A stretch of DNA of 37,498 bases from a virus (Duplodnaviria; Caudoviricetes), in the IMG/VR virus record IMGVR_UViG_3300006872_000008, positions 1-37,498 of that record. One strand, written 5' to 3'. Made by a program: the position numbers and the translations under genes. Positions 16,646 through 26,695 of this stretch are shown piece by piece; the stretch's first letter is position 1, and every line of letters begins with the position of its first letter. Under the pieces are notes generated by a model. That model had not been told where the DNA came from. It saw nothing but the letters and a program-made list of their open reading frames with translations, and did not search any database.

Positions 16646-18078
16646 GCGGCCTTCACGATAGTGAACCGCGCCGCGTCGACGTTCACGTTCGCGCCGCTCG
16701 CCTGGGTCACGCGCACCTTCAGGACGTCGGCATCGGCGAGCACCAGGACCGCCGCGAGCGAGAACGCCGCGTTTTCCGCGTTGGCGACGTCCTTCTGGAA
16801 GGTCTCCGCGATCGCAGTGCCGTTCAGCGTGATCTCGAGCAGCGTGGGCATCGCCGCCGCCGGCGCCGCCCAGTTGACGTGGGCGATCACGAGGTAGGTG
16901 CCGGCGTAGCCGGTCGGCACCGTGAAGCTCTCGCGCGTCCCGAGCGTGCCAGAGGCGTGATCGTGCCAGGTGCCGATGTCGAACTCGTCGGCCGCGTTGA
17001 AGTCGATGAAGGTGGCCGTGGCCGTGGCGATCGATTGGGTCGCCGTGCGCGAGCCCTTGACGCGGCCGTTCGTCGGGAGATCCAGGTTGCCCTGGGGATC
17101 GAAGCGCCCGACGTCGACGCCGGCGGTCACGAACGTGAGCGTGTCGGCCGCCTCGCGCCGCAGGCCCATGTTCGTGTCGGCGGACCACGAGATCACCGGA
17201 GCCGCGGCCGTGCCGTCGAGATCGAGCTGGAAACCCGCGTTCACCACGCGGCACCGGATGGCCGCGTTCGTCGCGAGCCCGAGGATGTCGGTGCCCGCGC
17301 GATACACGCCGAGGTTCTGCTGGGTCACGAACGTGAGCCCGGGCGCCGAGGCGGTGCCATCCGGGTGCACGTGCGGCCCGATCGCCGCGCCGTCGTCGTC
17401 GGTCGTGAGGCCCGCGAGCAGCCGCTCGAGCGCGCGGAAGCGGAGCGAGTGCACGCGGTAGGTCTTGGCCGTCCAGGTCGGCGAGAGCACCGCGCGGATC
17501 AGCTGCTTCTCGTACTCATCGCCGTCGAAGAACACCTGCACGACGCGCGCGGTGCCGTTGTCGTAGTTCGTGACCGCGGTGAAGGCGCTCCCGTTCCACG
17601 TGGCCTCGGCGAGGTCGAGCGAATTCGCGTTGATGGTCGAGGACTGGAAGATCGCGCCCTGACTATCGACGGAGATGTACCGGGTGCCGGCGCCGCCCGA
17701 GCCGACGAGCGTGGCACCGAGCGCGTTCCGCAGCGCGACGCCGCTGAGCAGCACCACGCCCTTCGTGACCGTGAGCTGTGAGGTGGGCGAGCCGATTGCC
17801 ACGCGGAACGAATCGAGGCCGACGCGGCCGGTCTGCGTGATCCCGCCGACGCGCGCGGGATCGTCGAAGCCGAGGATGTCGGTGCCGAGGCCGGCGTTCG
17901 GCGCCTGCACCGCGTTCAGCTCGGCGATCACGGTGTTCAGCGTGGCGCGGAGCGTTCGGAAGTTCGTGTCGAGGTCGACCGAGTACTGCGTGTACGGCGC
18001 GACCCGCCCATAAGCGGTGTTGTTGTTCTGGAAGTCGTCGACGTAGGTGGTCAGGCCGAGGTTGATCGTCTGCGCCAT
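16642..18078 (-). CDS. Tail fibre / receptor-binding protein with C1q-like C-terminal domain
   Basis: Two repeats DGTASAPGLTF...LGVYRAGTDILG / DGTAAAPVISW...MGLRREAADTLT; C-terminal TQSIATATATFIDF...FTVPTGYAGTYLVIAHVNW...LADADVLKVRV. Confidence 0.75.
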   Translation of the reverse strand: MAQTINLGLTTYVDDFQNNNTAYGRVAPYTQYSVDLDTNFRTLRATLNTVIAELNAVQAPNAGLGTDILGFDDPARVGGITQTGRVGLDSFRVAIGSPTSQLTVTKGVVLLSGVALRNALGATLVGSGGAGTRYISVDSQGAIFQSSTINANSLDLAEATWNGSAFTAVTNYDNGTARVVQVFFDGDEYEKQLIRAVLSPTWTAKTYRVHSLRFRALERLLAGLTTDDDGAAIGPHVHPDGTASAPGLTFVTQQNLGVYRAGTDILGLATNAAIRCRVVNAGFQLDLDGTAAAPVISWSADTNMGLRREAADTLTFVTAGVDVGRFDPQGNLDLPTNGRVKGSRTATQSIATATATFIDFNAADEFDIGTWHDHASGTLGTRESFTVPTGYAGTYLVIAHVNWAAPAAAMPTLLEITLNGTAIAETFQKDVANAENAAFSLAAVLVLADADVLKVRVTQASGANVNVDAARFTIVKAA

Positions 18079-18087
18079 CGAAGCTCC

Positions 18088-18582
18088 TTAGGGGACCACC
18101 TGGCCCTGCGCGTTCACGATTTCGACGAGGTTGAACGGCGTCGTTCCGTCATTCCAGATCACGCCGCTCGCCGGCCCGGTCTTGAGCGTCGCGTAGTAGG
18201 AGAGCGGCCGCTTCACGAAGCTGAAGCCCGAGGCGACGGTCGTGCCGCCGGCGCCGGTCGAGAGGTCGTAGGCCGTGGTCTGCACCGCCTGCGAGAGCCG
18301 ATCACCGGGCCCGATCACCTCGTAGCGGCCGTTCGCGTTGCGGCGCAGCAGCACGGTCTGGCCGAGCTGCGCGTAGAACCGGGTCTGCGACGCCTTGATC
18401 GGCACCTTGCGCAGCAGGTTGTTCGAACCAATCTCGACGTCGCACACGAACACGCCCGAGCCCGAGCCGCCCGAGTTGTCGAAGTTCAGGAGCTGCTGGC
18501 CGCCGACCACCGTGCCGACGATCAGCTCGCGCGCGTTGCGGATCTCGCGCGAGATCAGCCGCTGCAGGTTCCGGTTCGCCAT
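18088..18582 (-). CDS. Tail tip protein (possible OB-fold spike-like)
   Basis: MANRNLQRLISREI...VCDVEIGSNNLLRKVPI...GQTVLLRRNANGRYEVIG; TAATG coupling; position in tail module. Confidence 0.6.
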   Translation of the reverse strand: MANRNLQRLISREIRNARELIVGTVVGGQQLLNFDNSGGSGSGVFVCDVEIGSNNLLRKVPIKASQTRFYAQLGQTVLLRRNANGRYEVIGPGDRLSQAVQTTAYDLSTGAGGTTVASGFSFVKRPLSYYATLKTGPASGVIWNDGTTPFNLVEIVNAQGQVVP

Positions 18583-20258
18583 TACTGCGTGACCACCACG
18601 CCGGCCGTGACCTCGAAGCACTCGTAGGTCGCGCGCGAACCGGCCGATGGATCGCGCACCAGGTTGTAGGTGATGCCGTCGATCAGATAGCGGCGGCCGT
18701 CCGGCGTCTCGAAGATGTCCGCGGGCTCGAGCCGCAGGTCGTGCATCATCTCGATGTCGCGCGGGTTCGCGGACGCCTGCTGCAGGAAGAGCACCTCGCG
18801 GGCGATGTTGCGCGCGATCGTCGACGTGTTCAGCAGGTGGTTCTCGATCACGAGGTCGTTCTGGTCGTAGGCCGATTGGCCGGCAACGCACGCGCGCTCG
18901 CGAATCTCCTTGAACACCCACTCCTGCGGCTCGCCGTAGAACTCGAACTGGAAGCGGCCGATCCGGGTCATCAGGATGATCGCGCCCGAGAGGAACACCG
19001 CCTGCAGGATGCGGCCGACTGAGATCGTGACGCCCTCGCCGAAGGCGATCACCAGGTCCGGGATCGCGGCGAAGATGATGTGGACGACGAGCAGCAGCGT
19101 CGCGAGGTACGGCGCGTAGCCCGTGTCGACGGTGACCCGCACGCCGATGTTCCCGCCGCCCGGGCCCGGCACCGGGATCGCGGTGAAGCTGACGCCGCCC
19201 GTGAGCGACTTCAGCACCACCTTCGGGTTCAGCGAGGCCGCGACGATCGTGCGCTCGTCGCTCCAATAGACCTTGAAGTCCTCGTTGGACGCGAAGAACC
19301 CCGTCGTGATGTCCACGGACGCGAGCAGCTGCTCGGGCTGCAGGATCTTGGTCTGGTTCTTGTCGAGCCCGACCACCGTGACGCAATTGGCCGGCTGCAC
19401 GTCCGACCACGGCCGCTCGATTCGGCGGATCGGCCGCAGGTTCGGGTAGATGCGCGCCGGCGCCTTCGACGTCGAGTGCTGCACCTGGGTCAGCGCGCCA
19501 TCGCCATCGAAGCGCGGCATCAGGCCGTCGGGGAAGAGCAAGCGCGCGAGCATCATGATCGGCGGCTCGTCGACGAACTGCGTCGAGGCATGGCCGAACG
19601 TTTGGCCGCCCCAGCCCGAGAGGTAGATCTCCTGCAGGTCGAGGCCCATCTCGAGCTGCGCGATCTGCTGCGCGGCGAACAGGAAGGTGTCCGTCGTCCC
19701 GAACACCTGGCTCGTCCGCTTGAACTGCGCGAAGTGCGCCTCGCGCGAGATCGCGCGGATGGTGGCGACCGACTCGGGGCCATCCGAGCGCGTGCGCGCG
19801 TAGCCCGCCTGGCCGACGATCTCGCCCGTGAACACGCGCACCCACTCCGACGAGTCGACGCGATCGTCGCCGATGCGGATCACCACCGCGTTGCCGCGCC
19901 GGAGGTAGCGGCCGAGCAGGTTCACGTAGGCCGGGTCGTCGGTCGCGACGTTCTGGATCGCGGCCGGGTCCATGATGCCGCCGCGGTCGACGATCTGGAG
20001 CGTGGCGATGGTCGAGGCGACGCCGCCGGTCGCGTAGTCGCCGCGCCGCTCCTCGAGCGCGACCGAGACGCACTCGGCGAAGATCCGCGGCCCGGCGAGC
20101 AGGTTGAAAGAGCCGAGGCCGGTCTTGTTGAAGATCACGACCTCGCGCATGAGATCGCCGCCCGAGCGCAGGTCGTAGATCGAAACCTCGAACGTCGGCC
20201 GCCGCGTCGTCGCGGTGGTCATGATCGCGTCGAGGTTGCCGGAGATCCCGCGCGCCAC
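18582..20258 (-). CDS. Tail tip / hub protein with an internal hydrophobic hairpin
   Basis: GTG start (VARGISGNL); VFTGEI, PRFDGDG, DLRLEPADIF and YLIDGITYNL are hub-like features; position in tail module. Confidence 0.6.
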   Translation of the reverse strand: MARGISGNLDAIMTTATTRRPTFEVSIYDLRSGGDLMREVVIFNKTGLGSFNLLAGPRIFAECVSVALEERRGDYATGGVASTIATLQIVDRGGIMDPAAIQNVATDDPAYVNLLGRYLRRGNAVVIRIGDDRVDSSEWVRVFTGEIVGQAGYARTRSDGPESVATIRAISREAHFAQFKRTSQVFGTTDTFLFAAQQIAQLEMGLDLQEIYLSGWGGQTFGHASTQFVDEPPIMMLARLLFPDGLMPRFDGDGALTQVQHSTSKAPARIYPNLRPIRRIERPWSDVQPANCVTVVGLDKNQTKILQPEQLLASVDITTGFFASNEDFKVYWSDERTIVAASLNPKVVLKSLTGGVSFTAIPVPGPGGGNIGVRVTVDTGYAPYLATLLLVVHIIFAAIPDLVIAFGEGVTISVGRILQAVFLSGAIILMTRIGRFQFEFYGEPQEWVFKEIRERACVAGQSAYDQNDLVIENHLLNTSTIARNIAREVLFLQQASANPRDIEMMHDLRLEPADIFETPDGRRYLIDGITYNLVRDPSAGSRATYECFEVTAGVVVTQ

Positions 20259-20263
20259 GGCGC

Positions 20264-20893
20264 CTAGACCTTCTCGACGATGCGGAGCACCAGCGTCACC
20301 TGCTGGTCGATCAGCGCGGTGGGCGAGACGTCCAGCGAGTCGAGCGGATTCGCGATCGCGCCTGGGAGGTTCGGATCGTTCGGCCCGCCGTCGGCGCACC
20401 ACTTCTTCACGTCGAACTTCCCGAGGCCGCCGCCGCCCACCTGCAGGTCGAGCAGCTCGACGTGGTAGGCGTCATCGGTCTCATCGCGCGGCTCCCAGCG
20501 CGTGTAGAGCTGGCCGACGGCCGCGAAGGCCGGCGGGTTCAGGAAGAGGTTGTAGAGGTCGCGAAACTGGAACACGGGCATGGAGAACCCGCCGCCCGCT
20601 TCCCACACCTCCGAGACGATCACGTCCTCGTCCAGCTCTTCGAAGCGCACCACCACGGTGCCGCCGATCGTGCGGATGGCCGAGGCGATCGGGTGCCGCA
20701 GGATGTCCTGATCGAAGTTCACCGTGCGGTCGGGGTTCTTGTAGTACGTGAGCGTCGGGTGCGTCGCCGAATCCGGGTGCACCAGCCGGCGCTTCGCCCC
20801 CTTCGAGCCGGTGAGCCCAGCCGAGAGCAGCTGCACCGTCGACTCGGCGACCACCGGGGTGCCCTGGCCGATCTGGTAGATCCGGTTGGTCAC
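20264..20893 (-). CDS. Tail protein (distal-tail-like, tentative)
   Basis: GTG start with GAGGAGG RBS; 209-aa beta-rich protein upstream of the hub gene. Confidence 0.55.
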   Translation of the reverse strand: MTNRIYQIGQGTPVVAESTVQLLSAGLTGSKGAKRRLVHPDSATHPTLTYYKNPDRTVNFDQDILRHPIASAIRTIGGTVVVRFEELDEDVIVSEVWEAGGGFSMPVFQFRDLYNLFLNPPAFAAVGQLYTRWEPRDETDDAYHVELLDLQVGGGGLGKFDVKKWCADGGPNDPNLPGAIANPLDSLDVSPTALIDQQVTLVLRIVEKV

Positions 20894-23070
20894 TGCGGCC
20901 TCCTCGCTCCGCGCTGCGGCAGCCGCGGCGCCGGCTCCCATGCATCGCGCTCGAGACGATGCCCGCGTTCATCGCTCGAGGCGAGCGGCGGGCGATCCAC
21001 GGACGCGCCGGGCGGCACCGGGCGCGTGACCGGCGGCGGGAGCGGCTCGACGGGTCGGTGCGCCGCGAGCTGCGCCGCGAGCCGCAGCGCCGCGCCGGAG
21101 CCCGGGTTCACGATCCCGCCCTCGATCAGCTCGGGCACCTCGAGCGCGGGCCCACCCGGGAACGAAGCGCGCAGCCGCAGCACGTGGCCCGCCCAGCTAT
21201 CGCTCTCGGGGGCCTTGTACTGCACGCGCGCGAAGCCGTCCTCGCCGGTGTCGATGGGGCCGCCCGACGAGAGCGAGCCCGGGCCCTCGAGGATCTCGAA
21301 GCTCACCGGGACGCCTTCGATCGGCGCGTCGCTGGTCGGCTCGTGCACTTCGGCCACGAAGCGGGCGCCGCCGAAGGTGCGCGGCGTGCGGTCGAGCCCG
21401 GCGCGCTGGAACTGCGTCGGCACGCCGACCGGCGAGCTGGCGATCGGGAAGGCGACGATATGCGGGCCCGGCGTGATGTTCCCGGTCGCCGCCTCCATCA
21501 CGAGCAGCCACGTCGACTGGCGGTAGGCGCGCGCGCCCGCGCCGATCTTGCGCTTGATCCAGAGCGCCGTGCGGCTGCCACTCGAGAGCGTGAACTCGTT
21601 CGCGCTCGCGCCGTTGACGGAATCCGGCACGCCCTGCGCTTCGGCGTAGGTCTGCGGCCGCACGAAGAGCTGCGGCCGCGTGCTGATCGAAGCGGCGCCC
21701 GAGAGCGGGTCGTTGATCGGGGGCTCGTCCGTGTCGACGGCGATCGAACCGACCGCGTCGCCGCTCGCCTTCGTCGCGTGGCCGATGCAGATCTCGAGAT
21801 CGATCGGCCCGGGATCCAGGGGCTTCAGGTACCAGCGGATGCCCGAGAGCGATTCGCCGCTCGCTTGCAGGAAGAACAGGCAGCGATGGTCGATGTTGCC
21901 CGCCGCGCACTCTGGGCCCGTGGGCCCGTCATTCCACAGATCCACCTCGAGCGCGACCCGGAACACGTCGCCCGAGCTGCCGAGGCTCGGGAAGCCCTGG
22001 GCGAAGTGCATCTCGCCGGTCGCGAGATTGTGGAAGGTGCAGCGCCGCGCCTGGCCGGCGTTCAGGCCGGTCACGAACACGACGTAGCGGCCGAGGTAGC
22101 TGAGGTTGCTGCGCGGCGCGGGTCCATCGCCGAAGCCGGCGACCACCTCGATCTCGCCATCGGTCAGCGCGCGGTCCCAGAGCATCACGCTGTGGATCGG
22201 GCCGTCGAAGCCGTTCGTGGGGTTGATCTGGCTCCAGAAGGCGCCGCCGACGAGCACGCCGCGCGTGGCCGGATCGGCCATCGTGATCGCGTCGTCCTCG
22301 GGCGTGCTCGAGGGCGCGATGGGCTCGCCGTTCTTGAACACCGAGAGCGTCTCGGTGACGCCATTCCAGCGCACCGTGATCGTGACCCACGTCCCGGCCG
22401 AGAAGAACCCCGAGAAGAGCCGCTCCTTCTGCGCGTTCGCGTCTGTCTGGTCGACGATGCGGATGTGGAGGTCCGCGCTCTGGCGCTCGAACCGAATCTG
22501 GTTGATCGAATCGACCGCGGTCCCCGTGATCCCGATGTAGAGGAACGTCCCGTTGCCCGTGACGACGTCGGGCTTCACGACGCACTCGATCGTCCAGTTG
22601 TCCCCGATCCCGATTGTCGTGGCGCCGCCGTTCGTGATGCCGTCGTTCGGCGTGAACGAGAGCGAGCGCCGCTGCTGGAAGAACCGCCCCGGCTGGTCCG
22701 CGACCGAGTCGGCCGCATAGGTGATTCCCTGGCGCGCGGTCGAGAGGTCGAGCCGCGAGACGCCGAAGTCACGGCCGAGCACGAAGGGATCGTAGGCCGA
22801 CCGCCACCAGTGCCGGAGGTTCGCGGCGCCGGCATAGCCCGCGCTGTTGACCGCGGGGCTCGTGGACTTTCCGCCAGCCGGCGTGTCGTCGATCGCGCCC
22901 GCGGCGAGCGCGACGTGCACGCTGGTCATGTTCGCCGTCAGCGCGGCCTGGCGATACGGGTTCGAACCGGCGCGCAGCCCGCCCAGCGATGCCTGCGGCG
23001 AGAACTGCGTCTCGCCCTGCACGCCGGCGCCGGAGTGCTCGAGGTGGACCGCGCTGAGGTCGACCGCCAT
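20890..23070 (-). CDS. Tail-associated protein with LamG/concanavalin-A-like domain and Ig-like C-terminal part
   Basis: DNWTIECVVKP...WVTITVRWNG...LSVFKNG...FDGPIHSVMLWDRALTDGEI; PIEGVPVSF...DTGEDGFARVQY. Confidence 0.75.
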   Translation of the reverse strand: MAVDLSAVHLEHSGAGVQGETQFSPQASLGGLRAGSNPYRQAALTANMTSVHVALAAGAIDDTPAGGKSTSPAVNSAGYAGAANLRHWWRSAYDPFVLGRDFGVSRLDLSTARQGITYAADSVADQPGRFFQQRRSLSFTPNDGITNGGATTIGIGDNWTIECVVKPDVVTGNGTFLYIGITGTAVDSINQIRFERQSADLHIRIVDQTDANAQKERLFSGFFSAGTWVTITVRWNGVTETLSVFKNGEPIAPSSTPEDDAITMADPATRGVLVGGAFWSQINPTNGFDGPIHSVMLWDRALTDGEIEVVAGFGDGPAPRSNLSYLGRYVVFVTGLNAGQARRCTFHNLATGEMHFAQGFPSLGSSGDVFRVALEVDLWNDGPTGPECAAGNIDHRCLFFLQASGESLSGIRWYLKPLDPGPIDLEICIGHATKASGDAVGSIAVDTDEPPINDPLSGAASISTRPQLFVRPQTYAEAQGVPDSVNGASANEFTLSSGSRTALWIKRKIGAGARAYRQSTWLLVMEAATGNITPGPHIVAFPIASSPVGVPTQFQRAGLDRTPRTFGGARFVAEVHEPTSDAPIEGVPVSFEILEGPGSLSSGGPIDTGEDGFARVQYKAPESDSWAGHVLRLRASFPGGPALEVPELIEGGIVNPGSGAALRLAAQLAAHRPVEPLPPPVTRPVPPGASVDRPPLASSDERGHRLERDAWEPAPRLPQRGARRPQ

Positions 23071-23073
23071 CGC

Positions 23074-24669
23074 TTACACCGGATCCGCGTCGAGGCGATC
23101 CCAGCGATCCGGGATGGACGCCTCTTCGTCGTAGCGCACGCGCGTGAGCGCGACGCCCTCGACGCCGGTCTGGGCGGCCGCCGAGAGCAGCTCGCCGTGC
23201 GGCGGAGTCGCGGGCGTCCCGAAGTGCCGGTAGGTGGCCTGGTACACCGCGCCCGCGAGGGGCTTCGGCGCCACGAACGTGATCTGCGAGGCCGCGCGAT
23301 TCAGGGTGTAGTGGGTCGTCTCCGCGAGCAGGATGCCGTTCTCGTAGACCGAGATCGGGCTCACGACCGGGTCAGTCGGGCTGACCGCGTTCGCGAGCGT
23401 CACGGTTTCGCCGGGCGTCCCGGTCGTCGCGAGCGTCTCCTTCACGGTCGAGACGCGCCGGAGCTGGAAGCTGACGTTCTTCCCCGAGATGATCTCGCCG
23501 AGCGAGCCGCGCGCTTCCGCGCCGAACTGAACGGTCTTGCCCGAGGCGATCTCCTCGTAGGCGAAGGGCTCGGTCAGATACGAGAACGCCGGCGTGAACG
23601 AGAACTCGATGAACTTCGACTCCGCCGGGTCGAGGGTGAGGCCGTCCGCGGTGCCATCGTAGAACAGCACCTTGTTCTGGCGCGGGTGGTAGAAGGTGCC
23701 GCCCTGGAGCTGCTGGGTGCTGAAAATCCCGTTCAGCGCCGCCGGCGTGCTCTCGAGCAGATCGAAGGCCGAGATGAACCGCGTGCGGAGATGCACGCGC
23801 AGCGGCGTCGAGTCGACCCCGAGCGGATTCCAGTCGATGACCTTGATCCAGAGCCGGTCGAGGGTCGCGTCGCCGGGGTTGTCGCCGGGCGGCGCAAAGA
23901 AGATCACCTGACCGACCGGCTGCGTCGGGATCGAAGCGTCGTCCGCCACGAATTGCAGATTGTTGAAGTCCACCTGCTGCGCGAACAGCTCGGGGCCCGC
24001 GAATTTGTGCGTGACCGTTCCGTAGGAGACGGGCGTGTTCACGAGCGAGGCGAGTCCGGTCGCGAGATCCACAAGGACCGGAACGCCGACGTAGGACACG
24101 CCATCGGTGTGGCGCAGCGTCGCGCGCGAGCAGAGCGCGAAGCCCCAGCTCTCGAAGAACTGCCAGCGCGTGCCGCCCGGCGCCGGCACGGTGTAGTAGC
24201 CCGGCGTGGTCGTCAGGATGCCAGGCACGCGCGAGGTGTGAACGCCGACGAGCGGGTACGGGTCCACGGCGAGCGTGCTCGCGAGAGCGACCGGGTTGAT
24301 CTCGTCGACGCCGTCGGCCGCCACCGGCGCATTTTTGAAGTGGTAGAGCTTCTGGACGTTGAGCGCTTTGTCCCACTCGCCCAGCGCCATGTTCTCGGCG
24401 TTCGCGCCGCCCATCTGCGGCGGAAGTGGAACGTCGTCGAAGAGGCTCCCGGTGTTCGAGAGCAGCAACGGGTCGAACCGGATGTACTGCCTGTAGCCGC
24501 CCGCGCGCTGTCCGATCGCGAACATCACGTCGAGCCGGTCGTAGTAGAAACCCGCCTTGATCGAGCCGGCCGAATTCCCCCACGGCTGCAGCCAAAAGCC
24601 GTTGGCGGGATAGTTCCCGCTCGTGAAGAGCGTGCGCGGATCGAACTGGCGCAGCGCCGTCATCCCCAT
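23074..24669 (-). CDS. Tail protein, paralog 2
   Basis: 531 aa, colinear with 25111..26691; shares ATLRHTDGV, HKFAGPELFAQ, SFQLRRVSTVKETLATTGTPGETVT and PDRWDRLDADP. Confidence 0.75.
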   Translation of the reverse strand: MGMTALRQFDPRTLFTSGNYPANGFWLQPWGNSAGSIKAGFYYDRLDVMFAIGQRAGGYRQYIRFDPLLLSNTGSLFDDVPLPPQMGGANAENMALGEWDKALNVQKLYHFKNAPVAADGVDEINPVALASTLAVDPYPLVGVHTSRVPGILTTTPGYYTVPAPGGTRWQFFESWGFALCSRATLRHTDGVSYVGVPVLVDLATGLASLVNTPVSYGTVTHKFAGPELFAQQVDFNNLQFVADDASIPTQPVGQVIFFAPPGDNPGDATLDRLWIKVIDWNPLGVDSTPLRVHLRTRFISAFDLLESTPAALNGIFSTQQLQGGTFYHPRQNKVLFYDGTADGLTLDPAESKFIEFSFTPAFSYLTEPFAYEEIASGKTVQFGAEARGSLGEIISGKNVSFQLRRVSTVKETLATTGTPGETVTLANAVSPTDPVVSPISVYENGILLAETTHYTLNRAASQITFVAPKPLAGAVYQATYRHFGTPATPPHGELLSAAAQTGVEGVALTRVRYDEEASIPDRWDRLDADPV

Positions 24670-24673
24670 CGGA

Positions 24674-25093
24674 TCAGCGCTCCACCTTCACGCCAGCGCC
24701 GGCGCCTTGCAGGTTCGCCAGCGCCGGCGCGACCGCCTTGGTCGCCGCCGCCATGATGTCCTCCATGCTCGGGCCCGGCCGGTTCATCCGCTCGAGCAGG
24801 CCGCGCATCGCCTCTGCCAGCTCGCCGACCGCGAGCGCGAGCTGGCCGATCCGCTCGTTCTGCCCGCGGAGCATGACCAGGTTCGCCCAGAGCAGGCCCT
24901 CGACCGGGTGTCCGTCGCGGAGAACATCCGCGGCCTCCAGCTCGAACGCCGCGATCCCATCGGCGCGCTGAATCGCGTAGGTGAAGCCGCCGATGTTCAG
25001 GTTCAGGCCGAGCGTGATCCGCCGCTTGTCCTCGAGCACCAGGATCGGCCGGCCGTCCTCGACGAGCACCTCGACCGGCTTGATTTCGCGCAT
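24674..25093 (-). CDS. Hypothetical protein between the tail paralogs
   Basis: AAGGAGG RBS, MREIKPVEVLVEDGRP...; helical C-terminus. Confidence 0.7.
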   Translation of the reverse strand: MREIKPVEVLVEDGRPILVLEDKRRITLGLNLNIGGFTYAIQRADGIAAFELEAADVLRDGHPVEGLLWANLVMLRGQNERIGQLALAVGELAEAMRGLLERMNRPGPSMEDIMAAATKAVAPALANLQGAGAGVKVER

Positions 25094-25110
25094 GGGTTCC
25101 TCCTTGGGGT

Positions 25111-26691
25111 TCAGATCGGGTCCGCGTCGAGACGATCCCACCGATCGGGGACGTTCGCCTCCTCGGGGTATCGCACCTGCGTGAGCGCGAGCCCATCGAT
25201 CCCGGTCTGCGAGGCCGCGACGAGCAGCGTGCCGTGAGCCGGCGTCGCCGTCACGCCGAAGTGCCGATAGGTCGCTTGATACACGGCGCCGGCGAGCGGC
25301 TTCGGCGCGATGAAGGTGATCTGGCTGGTGGCGCGATTCACGGTGAACGCGACGCCTTCGACGAGGGGCACGCCGTTCTCGTAGACGGACACCGGAGCGA
25401 CCGCGGCATCGGTCGGGCTCATCGCGTTCGCCACGGTGACCGTCTCGCCCGGCGTGCCCGTCGTTGCGAGCGTCTCCTTGACCGTGGACACGCGCCGCAG
25501 CTGGAACGAAACGCTCTTGCCGGCGATGCGCTCGCCGAGCGAGCCGCGCGCCTCGGCCGCGAAGAGGATGGTCTTGCCCGTCGCCACCTCCGAGTACGGC
25601 GCCGGCTCGGTGAGGTAGGAGAACGCCGGCGTGAGGTTGATCTCGATCCACTTGGTGTCGCCGGCGACGATCGGGCTGCTGACGGTCGTCGCCTGCGCCC
25701 AGAAGAGCAGCCGATTCGTGCGCGGGTGCACCAGGAAAGAGCCGTTGACGCTCGTGCTCGCGATGCCGTTCAGCGCCGCGAAATTCGACTCGAGGAAGTC
25801 GAACGCGGAGATCAGCCGTTCGCGCAGGTGCACCCGGGAAGGCGTCGACGAGATCCCGAACGGATTCCAGTCGATCACCTTCAGCCACTCGCGCTGCAAG
25901 GTGGTGTCGTTCGGGTTCGAAGAGGGCGGGCGGTGCACGAGCCAGAACACGCCGACCGGCGTCGCCGGCGTCGAGGCGTCGTCGGGCGTGAACTGCGCGT
26001 AGTCGAAGTCGACAATCTGCGCGAACAGCTCGGGACCGGCGAACTTGTGCGAGACGGAGCCATAAGAAGTCGGGGTCGCGACAAGCGTCGCTAGGCCCGT
26101 CGTGAGGTTCACGAGAATCGGCACCCCGATGTACGTCACGCCATCCGTGTGGCGCAGCGTCGCCCGCGCGTTGAACGCGAAGCCCCACTTCTCGAAGAAG
26201 TGCCAGCCGCCGTCCGCGGCCGCCGTGTAATAGCCCGGGGTCGTGCTGGTGACGCCTGAGCGGGTCGTGTCGGGGCCGACGAGCGGGAACGGGTCGTCTT
26301 GGAGCACGCCCGCGTAGGCGAGCACGTTCAGCTCGCGGAACCGCTCGCCGGCGGCGCCAGTCGCTGCCGACGGGCCCTGGTAAAGCCGCTGCACACCGGC
26401 TGCCCGATCCCAGTCGCCGACGTAGAGCGAGCGGCTCGTGATGGCGCCGATCAGCGGCGGGTCGCCGAGGTTGTCGTAGAGCGACCCGGTGTTCGAAAGG
26501 AAGAGCGGATCGATGCGGAAGTACTCCTGGATCGTGTTCGGCGAGTTGCGCACGTGGATCCAGAAGAAGTCGAGGCGATCGTAGTAGCGCCAGAGATGCG
26601 TGCCGAAGCCCCAGAGCAGCGGCCCGTAGGGATAGTTCCCGGTCGAATGAAGCGGGACCGGCTCGATCCGGCGGATCGCCGAGAATCCCAT
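25111..26691 (-). CDS. Tail protein, paralog 1 (first gene after tape measure)
   Basis: 526 aa, colinear with 23074..24669. Confidence 0.75.
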   Translation of the reverse strand: MGFSAIRRIEPVPLHSTGNYPYGPLLWGFGTHLWRYYDRLDFFWIHVRNSPNTIQEYFRIDPLFLSNTGSLYDNLGDPPLIGAITSRSLYVGDWDRAAGVQRLYQGPSAATGAAGERFRELNVLAYAGVLQDDPFPLVGPDTTRSGVTSTTPGYYTAAADGGWHFFEKWGFAFNARATLRHTDGVTYIGVPILVNLTTGLATLVATPTSYGSVSHKFAGPELFAQIVDFDYAQFTPDDASTPATPVGVFWLVHRPPSSNPNDTTLQREWLKVIDWNPFGISSTPSRVHLRERLISAFDFLESNFAALNGIASTSVNGSFLVHPRTNRLLFWAQATTVSSPIVAGDTKWIEINLTPAFSYLTEPAPYSEVATGKTILFAAEARGSLGERIAGKSVSFQLRRVSTVKETLATTGTPGETVTVANAMSPTDAAVAPVSVYENGVPLVEGVAFTVNRATSQITFIAPKPLAGAVYQATYRHFGVTATPAHGTLLVAASQTGIDGLALTQVRYPEEANVPDRWDRLDADPI

Positions 26692-26695
26692 CGCG

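Noticed and set aside
20959-24756. 1265-aa plus-strand ORF and the many other long Arg/Ala/Pro-rich ORFs in the track
   Set aside because: They are antisense or off-frame shadows of GC3-rich genes, with no recognisable motifs.
23074-26691. Tail paralogs as a diversity-generating retroelement or invertible cassette
   Set aside because: No reverse transcriptase or invertase in the window, both copies have the same orientation, and the differences are not confined to adenines.
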